Shown here one piece after another: positions 1 to 7,488 of a stretch of DNA of 20,125 nt. Source of the DNA: Elusimicrobiota bacterium. Lineage in GTDB: Bacteria > Elusimicrobiota > UBA8919. The translations under genes and the position numbers were made by a program. Positions within the stretch are counted from its first letter, which is position 1. Each line of letters begins with the position of its first letter. The notes under the pieces are model-generated. The model saw nothing but the letters and a program-made list of their open reading frames with translations. It did no database searches and was not told the DNA's origin. The stretch spans positions 1 through 20,125 of the forward strand of contig JBDRIG010000103.1 of the NCBI GenBank assembly GCA_043816185.1, in the 5' to 3' direction.

Positions 1-98
1 TATTTTTTGGCTAAAGCATATGCAGAAAATGAACTTTCTTTAATCAATTTCCTTATAACCAAAGTCGTGGTAGCATTCTTATGTGAACTTGTTTGCAT
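1..98 (-). CDS. IS481-family-like transposase, N-terminal 32 aa (runs off the window)
   Basis: Hand translation MQTSSHKNATTTLVIRKLIKESSFSAYALAKK resembles the H-x-N/S-A-T-T-T...IR...S..ALAK.Y N-terminal HTH region of IS481-type transposases. Confidence 0.7.
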   Translation of the reverse strand, partial: MQTSSHKNATTTLVIRKLIKESSFSAYALAKK

Positions 99-106
99 AC
101 ATCAAG

Positions 107-135
107 ATTATACACCTTAACGTATCGTTAGTCAA
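107..135 (-). promoter_or_regulatory. Sigma70-type promoter inside the IS end
   Basis: TTGACT-17 nt-TATAAT, 8 nt upstream of the transposase ATG at 98. Confidence 0.7.
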
Positions 136-137
136 CA

Positions 138-886
138 ATTAGTTTTCCTGTTTGTAAAGCAAGAATTTTTACGAGATCATTAAATTTGTCTATATCCCTG
201 ATATCTGCGATGTCCCTAATATCTTTCTTGATATATGTAGTGATTATTTGTTTAAGTTTTATTTCTTTTTTTTCAATGTTTTCTTCCAGCACGATAGCGG
301 GATACCCTCCGAAAACAACATACTCTTTGTAAAGCGTTTTTAATTCCTTACTCATCGTCTCTGGCAATTTTTCGGCAAGATTGTATGACGAACTTTTAAA
401 ATCGATGAACTCCTCAAAATCAAGCGTAAATAGTTCAAAATCTACTGTTCTTCCAACTAAAGAAACCTTAAACTTTTTTTTGATGAGCATGCTGGACGAA
501 CCACTGACAATCAATTTAACTTTTTTCTTGTATCTGTCATGAAAAAGTTTCAGAAAGGATGAGGGATTTTTCATATACTGAATTTCATCAATAATCAGAT
601 ATATTCTTTTGCTTAAATCGGCATTTTTCGCTTTGAGATAAGACAGAACTTCTTCCGGCGACGAATTGCATAATTCTAAAAGCGAGAAATCCTCCAAATC
701 AAAATAAAATATATTGCGTTCATCGCTTATTTTTTTAAGATGATTATCCATTACGAAACGAAGTAGCGAGGTTTTGCCAACCTGACGAGAGCCATGAATA
801 ACAATAATTTCGTCATCAGGAATAAATTTTAGTATATGCGATACCAATTTCCGTTTTTTCAGAACGCTTTGAAATGTGTTGTCCAT
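138..886 (-). pseudogene. AAA_14/DUF4143-type AAA+ ATPase, 3'-truncated by IS insertion
   Basis: Walker A GSRQVGKT, Walker B IIDEIQ, VSGSS, SLVGR and GGYP motifs. The frame reads into the IS at ...LQTGKLI|VD*, so the C-terminal part of the DUF4143 region is missing. Likely start MDNTF at 886 (the ORF-track TTG at 949 is the -35 box). Confidence 0.85.
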
Positions 887-907
887 AATATTTTCTCTGC
901 TTGGTTT

Positions 908-960
908 TTTTGACAACCATACTTTACAAAATATCGGGTATTTTGTCAACTATACTTTAC
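908..960 (-). promoter_or_regulatory. Promoter of the ATPase gene overlapped by a 20-bp direct repeat (putative operator)
   Basis: Minus-strand TTGACA (949-944)-17 nt-TAAAGT (926-921). Repeats TTTTGACAACCATACTTTAC (908-927) and TTTTGTCAACTATACTTTAC (941-960) match at 18/20. Confidence 0.55.
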
Positions 961-1052
961 TTTTTACGCACAATATCCTCAACAGCGGGAAACTAATTTC
1001 ATAATTTCCATTTTCCTAATCTCTGACATTAGTTCTCTACCTGCCTCTGCTT

Positions 1053-1130
1053 TTAACAGGTCACCACGATGGGGCTATTTGATTTTTTTGTACATTTATT
1101 CTATTAACAGATCGCCTCTAACGGGGCTAT
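1053..1130. repeat. Two degenerate REP-like units (TTAACAG-TCRCC...GGGGCTAT)
   Basis: ttaacaggtcaccacgatggggctat (1053-1078) and ttaacagatcgcctctaacggggctat (1104-1130). Confidence 0.55.
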
Positions 1131-1159
1131 CCGACAACCACAATTTTTTGGTTTTGACC

Positions 1160-1287
1160 GTCATTCCAGAATACCACTATCTGGAATCCAGAAGACCCTA
1201 TTGTTAACCGTCATTCCGTGCTCTGACACGGAATCCAGATGAACGTTTTTTTATTCTGGATTCCGACTAAAGACATATCGGAATGAT
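1160..1287. repeat. Cluster of three GTCATTCC...GGAATCCAG palindromic repeats
   Basis: Units at 1160-1191 and 1210-1238 (direct) and 1256-1287 (inverted, CTGGATTCC...GGAATGA). Each has an internal hairpin with a different stem sequence. Confidence 0.75.
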
Positions 1288-1300
1288 GGACAACTACTAT

Positions 1301-1420
1301 TCACTCTTTACCCTCTATTTTAGCATAAAGTTTTTCGTGTTTGGAAACCATTGTCTCAACAGAGAAATTTTCCGTTACAAGTTTTCTGCCGTTTTTACCC
1401 ATTTTTTTTAGAAAGTGCAT
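1301..1420 (-). pseudogene. C-terminal remnant of a GT-B/GT4 glycosyltransferase
   Basis: Hand translation MHFLKKMGKNGRKLVTENFSVETMVSKHEKLYAKIEGKE* matches the typical GT4 terminal helices (MG.NGR..V.E.FS.E.MV...E.LY). There is no room upstream for the rest of the gene. Confidence 0.6.
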
Positions 1421-1486
1421 CACTCAAAAAAATCATTTGAGCAACTCTGCCAGAATAGTTTGTGGCATTTGATATTTCAAAAATTT

Positions 1487-2506
1487 TTATATTTTTATAT
1501 CCCTCAAAAACTTTGCATCGTTTTCTGGAAGTGATGTATTTATAAACATTCCACTTCCTAATTCAAACCCAGCAGTCTTTGTAATTCTCGGAACTATGCT
1601 TATGTACCAATGAAAAAAATCCAGATTTTTTAAATCGGTTGGTGAAGAGCGAATGACATAGTTGAAATCGGGATTATCGAGTCCAATGTAGTATTTTTTC
1701 AGCGTCGTTTGAAGGTTGATGGCCAAATCAGAAATTTCATCTTCGGTTATATCGCCGAAACTTGAACAATGTCTTTTTGGATAAATCCACTGATGAAAAG
1801 GTGAAAGTGCTGCGTATGGAATGAACGAGACAAAATATTTTGTTTCAAGAACTATTCGCATACCGTCTTTTAATTCTTCTGAAAGAGTTTTGCAGTGCAC
1901 ACATTCACAATTTTCATCAAAATATTTTTGAGCATCGTTGAATCTTTCTCTGACTTGTGCAGGAACAATAGGTGTCGCCACGATTTGCGAATGTGGATGA
2001 ACTAATGAGGTTCCCGCTGCTTCACCGTGATTCTTAAAAATTGTTATCATTTCAATTCGTTTGTCTTCCAACATTTGATTGTATTTCAATTTGTATGATT
2101 TTACTATATTGCGAACATTATCCAATGGTAGAAGTGCCGTTGTTAAATTGTGAAATGGTGTCTCGATAATCACTTCGTGAAGTCCCACGCCAGCAAATTT
2201 TCTTTTAATACCATCAACAGTACGAACTCGTTCGCCAATTTTGTTGAGTGCTGGAAATTTATTTGGAATAATGCGAACTTGCCAATTGCCGTTTTTTTCT
2301 ATACGAAGCGTCTCGTCAGGCGACATTTTTTCTTCATTTCCGGGACAAAAAGGGCAGGTGCTTTCAAGTTCAGGAACAAGATTAGAAAATGGAGAGCAGA
2401 CATATATGTTCTCTATTTTTTTCTTAAAATCCTCGGGTCTTTTTGCTCGTTCAGTAGCAATAATTACCCAGTCTTTCGTAACAAGATTTTGTCTAATTTC
2501 AGACAT
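1487..2506 (-). CDS. galT: Galactose-1-phosphate uridylyltransferase (GalT family)
   Basis: ERAKRP, CPFCPGNE, NKFPAL, GLHEVIIETP, catalytic HPHSQ and AGFELGSG motifs. Confidence 0.92.
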   Translation of the reverse strand: MSEIRQNLVTKDWVIIATERAKRPEDFKKKIENIYVCSPFSNLVPELESTCPFCPGNEEKMSPDETLRIEKNGNWQVRIIPNKFPALNKIGERVRTVDGIKRKFAGVGLHEVIIETPFHNLTTALLPLDNVRNIVKSYKLKYNQMLEDKRIEMITIFKNHGEAAGTSLVHPHSQIVATPIVPAQVRERFNDAQKYFDENCECVHCKTLSEELKDGMRIVLETKYFVSFIPYAALSPFHQWIYPKRHCSSFGDITEDEISDLAINLQTTLKKYYIGLDNPDFNYVIRSSPTDLKNLDFFHWYISIVPRITKTAGFELGSGMFINTSLPENDAKFLRDIKI

Positions 2507-2515
2507 ATTATACTC

Positions 2516-2566
2516 GTAGGCACGAATTGTGTTCGTGCTTGATAGTCAGCAGCACGGTGTTCGTGC
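2516..2566. repeat. GTAG-type REP hairpin plus a second small hairpin
   Basis: GTAG-GCACGAA-ttgtg-TTCGTGC (2516-2538), followed by GCACG...CGTGC at 2552-2566. Confidence 0.5.
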
Positions 2567-2578
2567 GGATATCACTGA

Positions 2579-2691
2579 GACTGTGTCGCAATGGGCTAAA
2601 AAGTTGCATTTTTATAGAAGATAGCAACCGATGGTAAAATATGGTACTGCAATCCAACACTAGATGGTAAAAGATGGATTGCGACACAGTC
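2579..2691. mobile_element. 113-bp MITE, copy A
   Basis: Perfect 14-bp terminal inverted repeats GACTGTGTCGCAAT...ATTGCGACACAGTC, flanked by TGA on both sides. 108/113 identical to 16131-16243. Confidence 0.85.
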
Positions 2692-2723
2692 TGACTGACA
2701 GCACGGTCAGAGACCGTGTCTAC
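2692..2723 (-). repeat. GTAG-type REP adjacent to MITE A
   Basis: Minus strand reads GTAGA-CACGGTC-tct-GACCGTG-CTGTCAGTCA. A degenerate copy flanks MITE B at about 16244-16275. Confidence 0.6.
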
Positions 2724-2727
2724 AATT

Positions 2728-3255
2728 TTATTTTATCGTCCGTAAAATTAATATCAAAAAAATCATTCCCAAACAACTCAAAACTGTATTGTATTCTTTA
2801 TTCTTGAAAATCGAAAGACGAATATCAAATTTTTCTCGCTCATTTTCATATGGTGAAAGTCGCGGAATCCACCTGTTAACATTTTTTTTGTAAGTGAGAT
2901 ATTTTTCGCCAAAAATTTCCGTCAATTTTTTCTCTTCTGAGTTAATTTTTAGAGTGTAAATTAACAGAAAAACCACAATTATCAACACCAAAATGATAAA
3001 GTTGCCAATAAAAACCCCAAATCCCGCACCGATTATCAAGGAGCCAATATATAATGGATTGCGAATAAATTGATATGGTCCAACAATAGACAAAACTTTG
3101 TTTTTTCTGATATATCCAGCCGACCAAATTCTTATTATTTCGCCGAAAAAAATTAGTACAACGCCCAAATAAAGAATTTTTTCAGATTTTACACCAAAAT
3201 ACACAACCGCTATCGCAAACAAAAATGCCAAAAATCGCCTTAAATTATTATACAT
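2728..3255 (-). CDS. ICMT/PEMT-family integral membrane methyltransferase (LmtA-like candidate)
   Basis: IRIWSAGY, GPYQFIRNPLYIGS, EEKKL..IFGEKY..YKKNVNRWIP motifs and several hydrophobic segments. Overlaps the lpxB stop. Confidence 0.85.
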   Translation of the reverse strand: MYNNLRRFLAFLFAIAVVYFGVKSEKILYLGVVLIFFGEIIRIWSAGYIRKNKVLSIVGPYQFIRNPLYIGSLIIGAGFGVFIGNFIILVLIIVVFLLIYTLKINSEEKKLTEIFGEKYLTYKKNVNRWIPRLSPYENEREKFDIRLSIFKNKEYNTVLSCLGMIFLILILRTIK

Positions 3256-4369
3256 GAAATGCCTCCAAAATTATACTTGCAACCCGTTTTGTTATCCCGT
3301 ATCCAGCTATACTAAGTTCACCTAATTTCTGTTTTGTTTCAGCCAAATCCGATTTCATTTTTGCCAAGACCTGCCTGTTTTTCAGAATTTCAAGACATTT
3401 CTCTGAGATTTTGTCAGCCGTTAAATCGTTTTGAATCAATTCTGGGCAGATCGCACGACCAGCAAGTATGTTCGGCATTCCAATAAATTTTACATTTATC
3501 AATCGTTTGGCAATCTGATAAGTAAGCCAGGAAGTCCTGTATGAAATAACCATTGGTATGCCCAAAATCATATTTTCAACTGTCGCAGTGCCAGAAGAAG
3601 TGATACAGAGAATCATTTTTGACCTTTTTTCATAATTATCGTGCACAACAAATTCAACTTTCATCTCATCTAACTTAAAGTTATTTATTAAGTATTCTTT
3701 TATTTTGTCCGAAAAAACGGGAATAATCGCTTTAATATCAGGAAATACCTTATTTATTTTGACAAATGCCTCATAAAATGGGACAAAATGCTTGTTAATT
3801 TCTTGTATTCTTGAACCTGGCATAAGCCCTATGGTAAACGAATGGGTAAATGGGTTGATGGACGAATGAGGAATAATATCAAGTAAAGGATGGCCGACAA
3901 ATTCGCAAGACACCCCCGCTTTTTCGTAAATTTTTTTTTCAAATGGAAATATCACTAATACCTTTTTGACAAATTCTTTGATTTTTTGAACCCTTCCTTT
4001 TCTTGTTGCCCAAACCTGTGGCGAAATGTAATAAATTACAGGAATTTTGTACTTTTTTGCCAATTTTGCCAGATGTATATTGTAGCCATAATAATCAATA
4101 AGTATCAGTCCTGCTGGTTTTTCTTTGATGAAGAACTTTTCAGCAAGATCGAAATTTTTTTTTAGTCGTGCGATATTTTTCAGCGGTTCCCAGAATCCTA
4201 TAATTGACGAATCAGCAATTTTGTCAAAAATATTGGCTCCTGCGGTTGCCATTTTGCTACCACCGAAACCACATATTTCAACATTTGGGTCTTGAATTTT
4301 AATTTCCCTTAATAGATTCACCCCATGCAAATCGCCCGATGGATCACCCGCTGATATAAAAATTTTCAT
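3248..4369 (-). CDS. lpxB: Lipid-A-disaccharide synthase
   Basis: ISAGDPSGDLHG, YYISPQVWA, IFPFE, FVGHPL, LMPGSR, SGTATVE and PNILAGR..PELIQ motifs. Conserved start MKIFISAG at 4369; alternative upstream start at 4423. Confidence 0.95.
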   Translation of the reverse strand: MKIFISAGDPSGDLHGVNLLREIKIQDPNVEICGFGGSKMATAGANIFDKIADSSIIGFWEPLKNIARLKKNFDLAEKFFIKEKPAGLILIDYYGYNIHLAKLAKKYKIPVIYYISPQVWATRKGRVQKIKEFVKKVLVIFPFEKKIYEKAGVSCEFVGHPLLDIIPHSSINPFTHSFTIGLMPGSRIQEINKHFVPFYEAFVKINKVFPDIKAIIPVFSDKIKEYLINNFKLDEMKVEFVVHDNYEKRSKMILCITSSGTATVENMILGIPMVISYRTSWLTYQIAKRLINVKFIGMPNILAGRAICPELIQNDLTADKISEKCLEILKNRQVLAKMKSDLAETKQKLGELSIAGYGITKRVASIILEAFHV

Positions 4370-4409
4370 TTTTCTATGCTCGTTTTTATGCTTACTATTT
4401 GTTTGCCTG

Positions 4410-6014
4410 CTATTTACTTTCACTTGTCATACCGTCATCTGTTTGACAAATTTCGTAAATTGTAAACTTTACCAACAACTTGTTCGAGAACGAATACGGC
4501 AAAAGCCCATACATATTTAAATGAAATCCCGCATGAGCCCCTGGGTTCATTGTTTTGAATGGATTTTTTGTAAATACATATTTTTCAGAAATCCGCTTCA
4601 TTCTTTTTATAACATCTTTATGAACCTTTTGTGCAACAGGAAAAACAGGAATAACCATAATTGAATTTTTTGGATACACTTTCTCGTACGAATTAACTGC
4701 TAAAAAACCATTTTTTTCCATGTAATATTGAAAACCAAGATGGCCAGTAAAATAGATATTTCTATTTGAATAATTATTTTTAATAAATTTAGCAGCCTCT
4801 CTATATGAATTTGCTAAAACGAAATCGGAATTGGCAATAAATAATGATAGTATAATTCCCGATGCAGTAGTTAGAGACAAAAAAACTTTTCTGGTCGATA
4901 AATTTTTAGATATTTTTACAATTAGTATTATTACTGGTGGTAAAATTGGTAACAGGTATCTAACGGCAATTATCGCAGAAACTGATATAAAAAAAATTAA
5001 GTACAAAAGAAACCAAGAAAAAAGAAATATCACTTCTTTTTGAAAATTTACCGTTTTAAGATACTGAATAAATATCAAAATCAACAAAAGTGCACATGAA
5101 ATAAAAAGTCCGAAAAGAAAACTTTGAAATATCGTATAATTTAACAAATTAAACAAAAAATTTATAGCAGTAAAAAAAACCACAAAAAGCCAAGTAGTTT
5201 TTTTATTAGCGTTAAAGATTAACCATAGAATACTTATAGGAAAAATAAACGAACCACCGATATATGTCAATAATGGAATTTCTTTTACAATACCGAAAGA
5301 TAGCCCTACGGATTGCGTCCTTTTCAAAATTTGAATTTCGCCGTAGGTCAATTGATTATGTATTGACCAAATAATTAAAAATAAAATCGGAATCAGAAAA
5401 AATACGAGATTTTTTTTTAGTTTTTTATCAAGTAAAAACCATATAGAGACAATTGGTAGATTTATAATTGCTACAAATTTTATAAGAATAGCCAAACCAA
5501 GCAAAATCCATCCAAATAACTTTTCTTTAATTACAAAATAAATACCGAGCAACGAGAATGCAAGCATAGGGACGTCAAGCATAATATCAGTAGCATTCAC
5601 AAAAAACGCAGGGCTTGCAATCAAGAGAAGCGTAGAAAAAAATGGATCTATTTTTAATTCGTCCGATAGTAGATACATCCCAATAACGGATAACAGAGCA
5701 AAACTTAAAAAAATAAGATGAAAAAGTTTTTCGTTTTCACCAAAAATTTTTATTATACCAGCAAGAAAATACGACACTAGAGGCGGATTGTTGGCAACAT
5801 CCCATGCGAAACGATTTTTTTCTTCACAATTTATCTGAAAATTGAACGGCTTAATCGGTTCTTTCAAAATTTGTTTTGCAGTGTAAATATAAAAAATTGA
5901 ATCAATAGAAATCGCTTTATTAAGAAAAGGAAATAATAAAATTGTTGTTAAAAAACACAAAAATAAAATATTAGAAGAATTATTTTTTTTAATTACACTA
6001 CTTAAAATGGTCAT
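4410..6014 (-). CDS. GT-C fold membrane glycosyltransferase (ArnT/PMT_2-like)
   Basis: Many hydrophobic helices, D..FY..TA..I luminal motif, NPPL..YFLA, MLDVPML, LAILIKF and RYLLPILPP motifs typical of GT39/GT83-like enzymes. Confidence 0.75.
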   Translation of the reverse strand: MTILSSVIKKNNSSNILFLCFLTTILLFPFLNKAISIDSIFYIYTAKQILKEPIKPFNFQINCEEKNRFAWDVANNPPLVSYFLAGIIKIFGENEKLFHLIFLSFALLSVIGMYLLSDELKIDPFFSTLLLIASPAFFVNATDIMLDVPMLAFSLLGIYFVIKEKLFGWILLGLAILIKFVAIINLPIVSIWFLLDKKLKKNLVFFLIPILFLIIWSIHNQLTYGEIQILKRTQSVGLSFGIVKEIPLLTYIGGSFIFPISILWLIFNANKKTTWLFVVFFTAINFLFNLLNYTIFQSFLFGLFISCALLLILIFIQYLKTVNFQKEVIFLFSWFLLYLIFFISVSAIIAVRYLLPILPPVIILIVKISKNLSTRKVFLSLTTASGIILSLFIANSDFVLANSYREAAKFIKNNYSNRNIYFTGHLGFQYYMEKNGFLAVNSYEKVYPKNSIMVIPVFPVAQKVHKDVIKRMKRISEKYVFTKNPFKTMNPGAHAGFHLNMYGLLPYSFSNKLLVKFTIYEICQTDDGMTSESK

Positions 6015-6981
6015 ATCCGTCGTCTTTTAATTTGATTTTTTTATTATTTGAATCAAGATAAGTAATATTTTTATTTTTTGTAATTCTTCCTATTTCATAA
6101 AATCTTTTTTCAAAATATGATTTTTTATTGGCTGGAACGGTGAAAATCAGTTCATGTTCCTCACCACCGAAAAGACGGTAAGTAGTAGTCGGTAAGTGGT
6201 AAGCGGTTATAGATTTTTTAAATTCATTAGAAACAGGGATTTTGTCGAGATAAATTTCACAGCCAACATTTGATTCTTGACAAATAAAACGAATAGATTT
6301 ATCAAAACCGTCGGATGAATCTATCATTGAAGTTGCGAAACCGGATTTTGCAATGAAAAGCCCATCTTTAATTCGTGGGTATGGATTCAAATGTTTTTTT
6401 TTAAGTTTACTATAACCAGCAACATTTTTTTGAAGCAAATAAAGACCAGCACTCGAATCACCAAAATTTCCCGTTGTGAAAATTAAATCGCCATCTTTTG
6501 CCCCACTTCTTTTTATACAAGTGCCATGCGTATCGGAAATCGTTTTTCCTACAAGTGTAATTGAAATTATCAGAGCCGTTGGAGATTTGACTGTATCTCC
6601 GCCTATAATTTCAACATTGAATTCGGAAGCAAGTTTATTTATTCCGCAATAAATTTCATCTGCTTCTATAACTTTTGTTTCAGTGGGAAAACCTGCGGTT
6701 ATAAGAGCATAAAGCGGCACACCGCCCATCGCAGCAATATCAGACAGATTAACAGCAAGTGATTTATATCCGATATCAAAAAAACTGTAATATTTTTTTG
6801 AAAAATGAATATTTTCCACAAGCATGTCTGTTGTAAAAAGAAGGTGTTTGTTACTCGTACATTTTACAACAGCACAATCGTCACCTATACCGACAATTGT
6901 TTCTGGATGATGAACTGCTAATTTACTTTTTTTTCTTATTCTTTCAATTAAACCAAACTCGCCTAACTGAGATAATTTCAA
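5998..6981 (-). CDS. thiL: Thiamine-monophosphate kinase
   Basis: GEFGLIERI, GIGDDCAV, TTDMLVENIHF, AVNLSDIAAMGG, GGDT, IDSSDG and GGEEHEL motifs. Confidence 0.95.
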   Translation of the reverse strand: MKLSQLGEFGLIERIRKKSKLAVHHPETIVGIGDDCAVVKCTSNKHLLFTTDMLVENIHFSKKYYSFFDIGYKSLAVNLSDIAAMGGVPLYALITAGFPTETKVIEADEIYCGINKLASEFNVEIIGGDTVKSPTALIISITLVGKTISDTHGTCIKRSGAKDGDLIFTTGNFGDSSAGLYLLQKNVAGYSKLKKKHLNPYPRIKDGLFIAKSGFATSMIDSSDGFDKSIRFICQESNVGCEIYLDKIPVSNEFKKSITAYHLPTTTYRLFGGEEHELIFTVPANKKSYFEKRFYEIGRITKNKNITYLDSNNKKIKLKDDGYDHFK

Positions 6982-7199
6982 TTATTACCCTCTGATTTTG
7001 CTTTTTTTTTATCCTTGATTGCCGAAATACCTGCTATGACTGCAAGAATTCCGCCGAGCACAAGTCCAGAAGATAGAGCCCCCTTAAAACATACAAGAAA
7101 ATCGTCCCACATATAAACAGGAAGACAAAAAAGTGGACCACCAAATAGCAAAATAACGCCGACTAAAACAACAACAATACCACCAAGTACTACCATCAT
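6978..7199 (-). CDS. Small membrane protein with two hydrophobic segments and a Lys-rich tail
   Basis: GGAGGTG RBS upstream; stop overlaps the thiL start. Confidence 0.75.
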   Translation of the reverse strand: MMVVLGGIVVVLVGVILLFGGPLFCLPVYMWDDFLVCFKGALSSGLVLGGILAVIAGISAIKDKKKAKSEGNN

Positions 7200-7262
7200 T
7201 TGCTTTCACCTCCGTTAATTAACACTATAATGATTACGGCGATACTATTAAGTTAAAAATTT

Positions 7263-7297
7263 TCGATAAAATACAGCAACTCGATAAAATACAGCAA
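7263..7297. repeat. Tandem duplication just downstream of tRNA-Ser
   Basis: TCGATAAAATACAGCAA perfect at 7263-7279 and 7281-7297. Confidence 0.85.
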
Positions 7298-7302
7298 AAT
7301 TT

Positions 7303-7390
7303 AGGAGAGGGAGAGATTTGAACTCTCGATCCCGCAGAGCGGGATACGGGTTTTCGAGACCCGCGCCTTCAGCCACTCGGCCACCTCTCC
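7303..7390 (-). tRNA. tRNA-Ser(CGA)
   Basis: GGAGAGG/CCTCTCC acceptor stem, anticodon loop CT-CGA-AA, long variable arm ATCCCGC-tct-GCGGGAT, T-loop GTTCAAATC. CCA is not encoded. Confidence 0.95.
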
Positions 7391-7430
7391 ATTCGCTTTA
7401 CTAATTATATTATTTATTATGGTATCCACC

Positions 7431-7459
7431 ATCACTTGATTTGCTGTTTACCAAGCGAT
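7431..7459 (-). other. RNA hairpin between the acyltransferase gene and tRNA-Ser
   Basis: On the minus strand AUCGCUUGGU pairs with AUCAAGUGAU (10 bp including 2 G-U). No U-tract, so it is not called a terminator. Confidence 0.35.
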
Positions 7460-7488
7460 TAGAGTTAGAAACTCCAATCTTCATATTA

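Larger units (their letters stand above)
1..137 (-). mobile_element. Left end of an IS481-family-like insertion sequence (copy 1, reading out of the window)
   Basis: Exact reverse complement of 19989-20125. Begins TGTTGAC on the minus strand at 137, carries a promoter and a transposase-like start, and interrupts the AAA ATPase ORF. Confidence 0.8.

Noticed and set aside
1..141. Terminal inverted repeats of a linear plasmid, phage or giant transposon
   Set aside because: The repeats read outward as IS left ends with a transposase start, they interrupt genes, and the interior is chromosomal housekeeping content.
1160..1287. CRISPR array
   Set aside because: Only three units, one inverted, with divergent interiors, irregular spacing and no cas genes; these are REP-like.
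2531..2540. 10-nt match between the galT leader REP (minus strand AAGCACGAAC) and the candidate sRNA 5' arm
   Set aside because: A 10-nt match is expected by chance at this window size.
2150..2542. + strand ORFs over galT and the other short overlapping ORFs in the track
   Set aside because: They are shadows of well-supported minus-strand genes and have no recognisable motifs.
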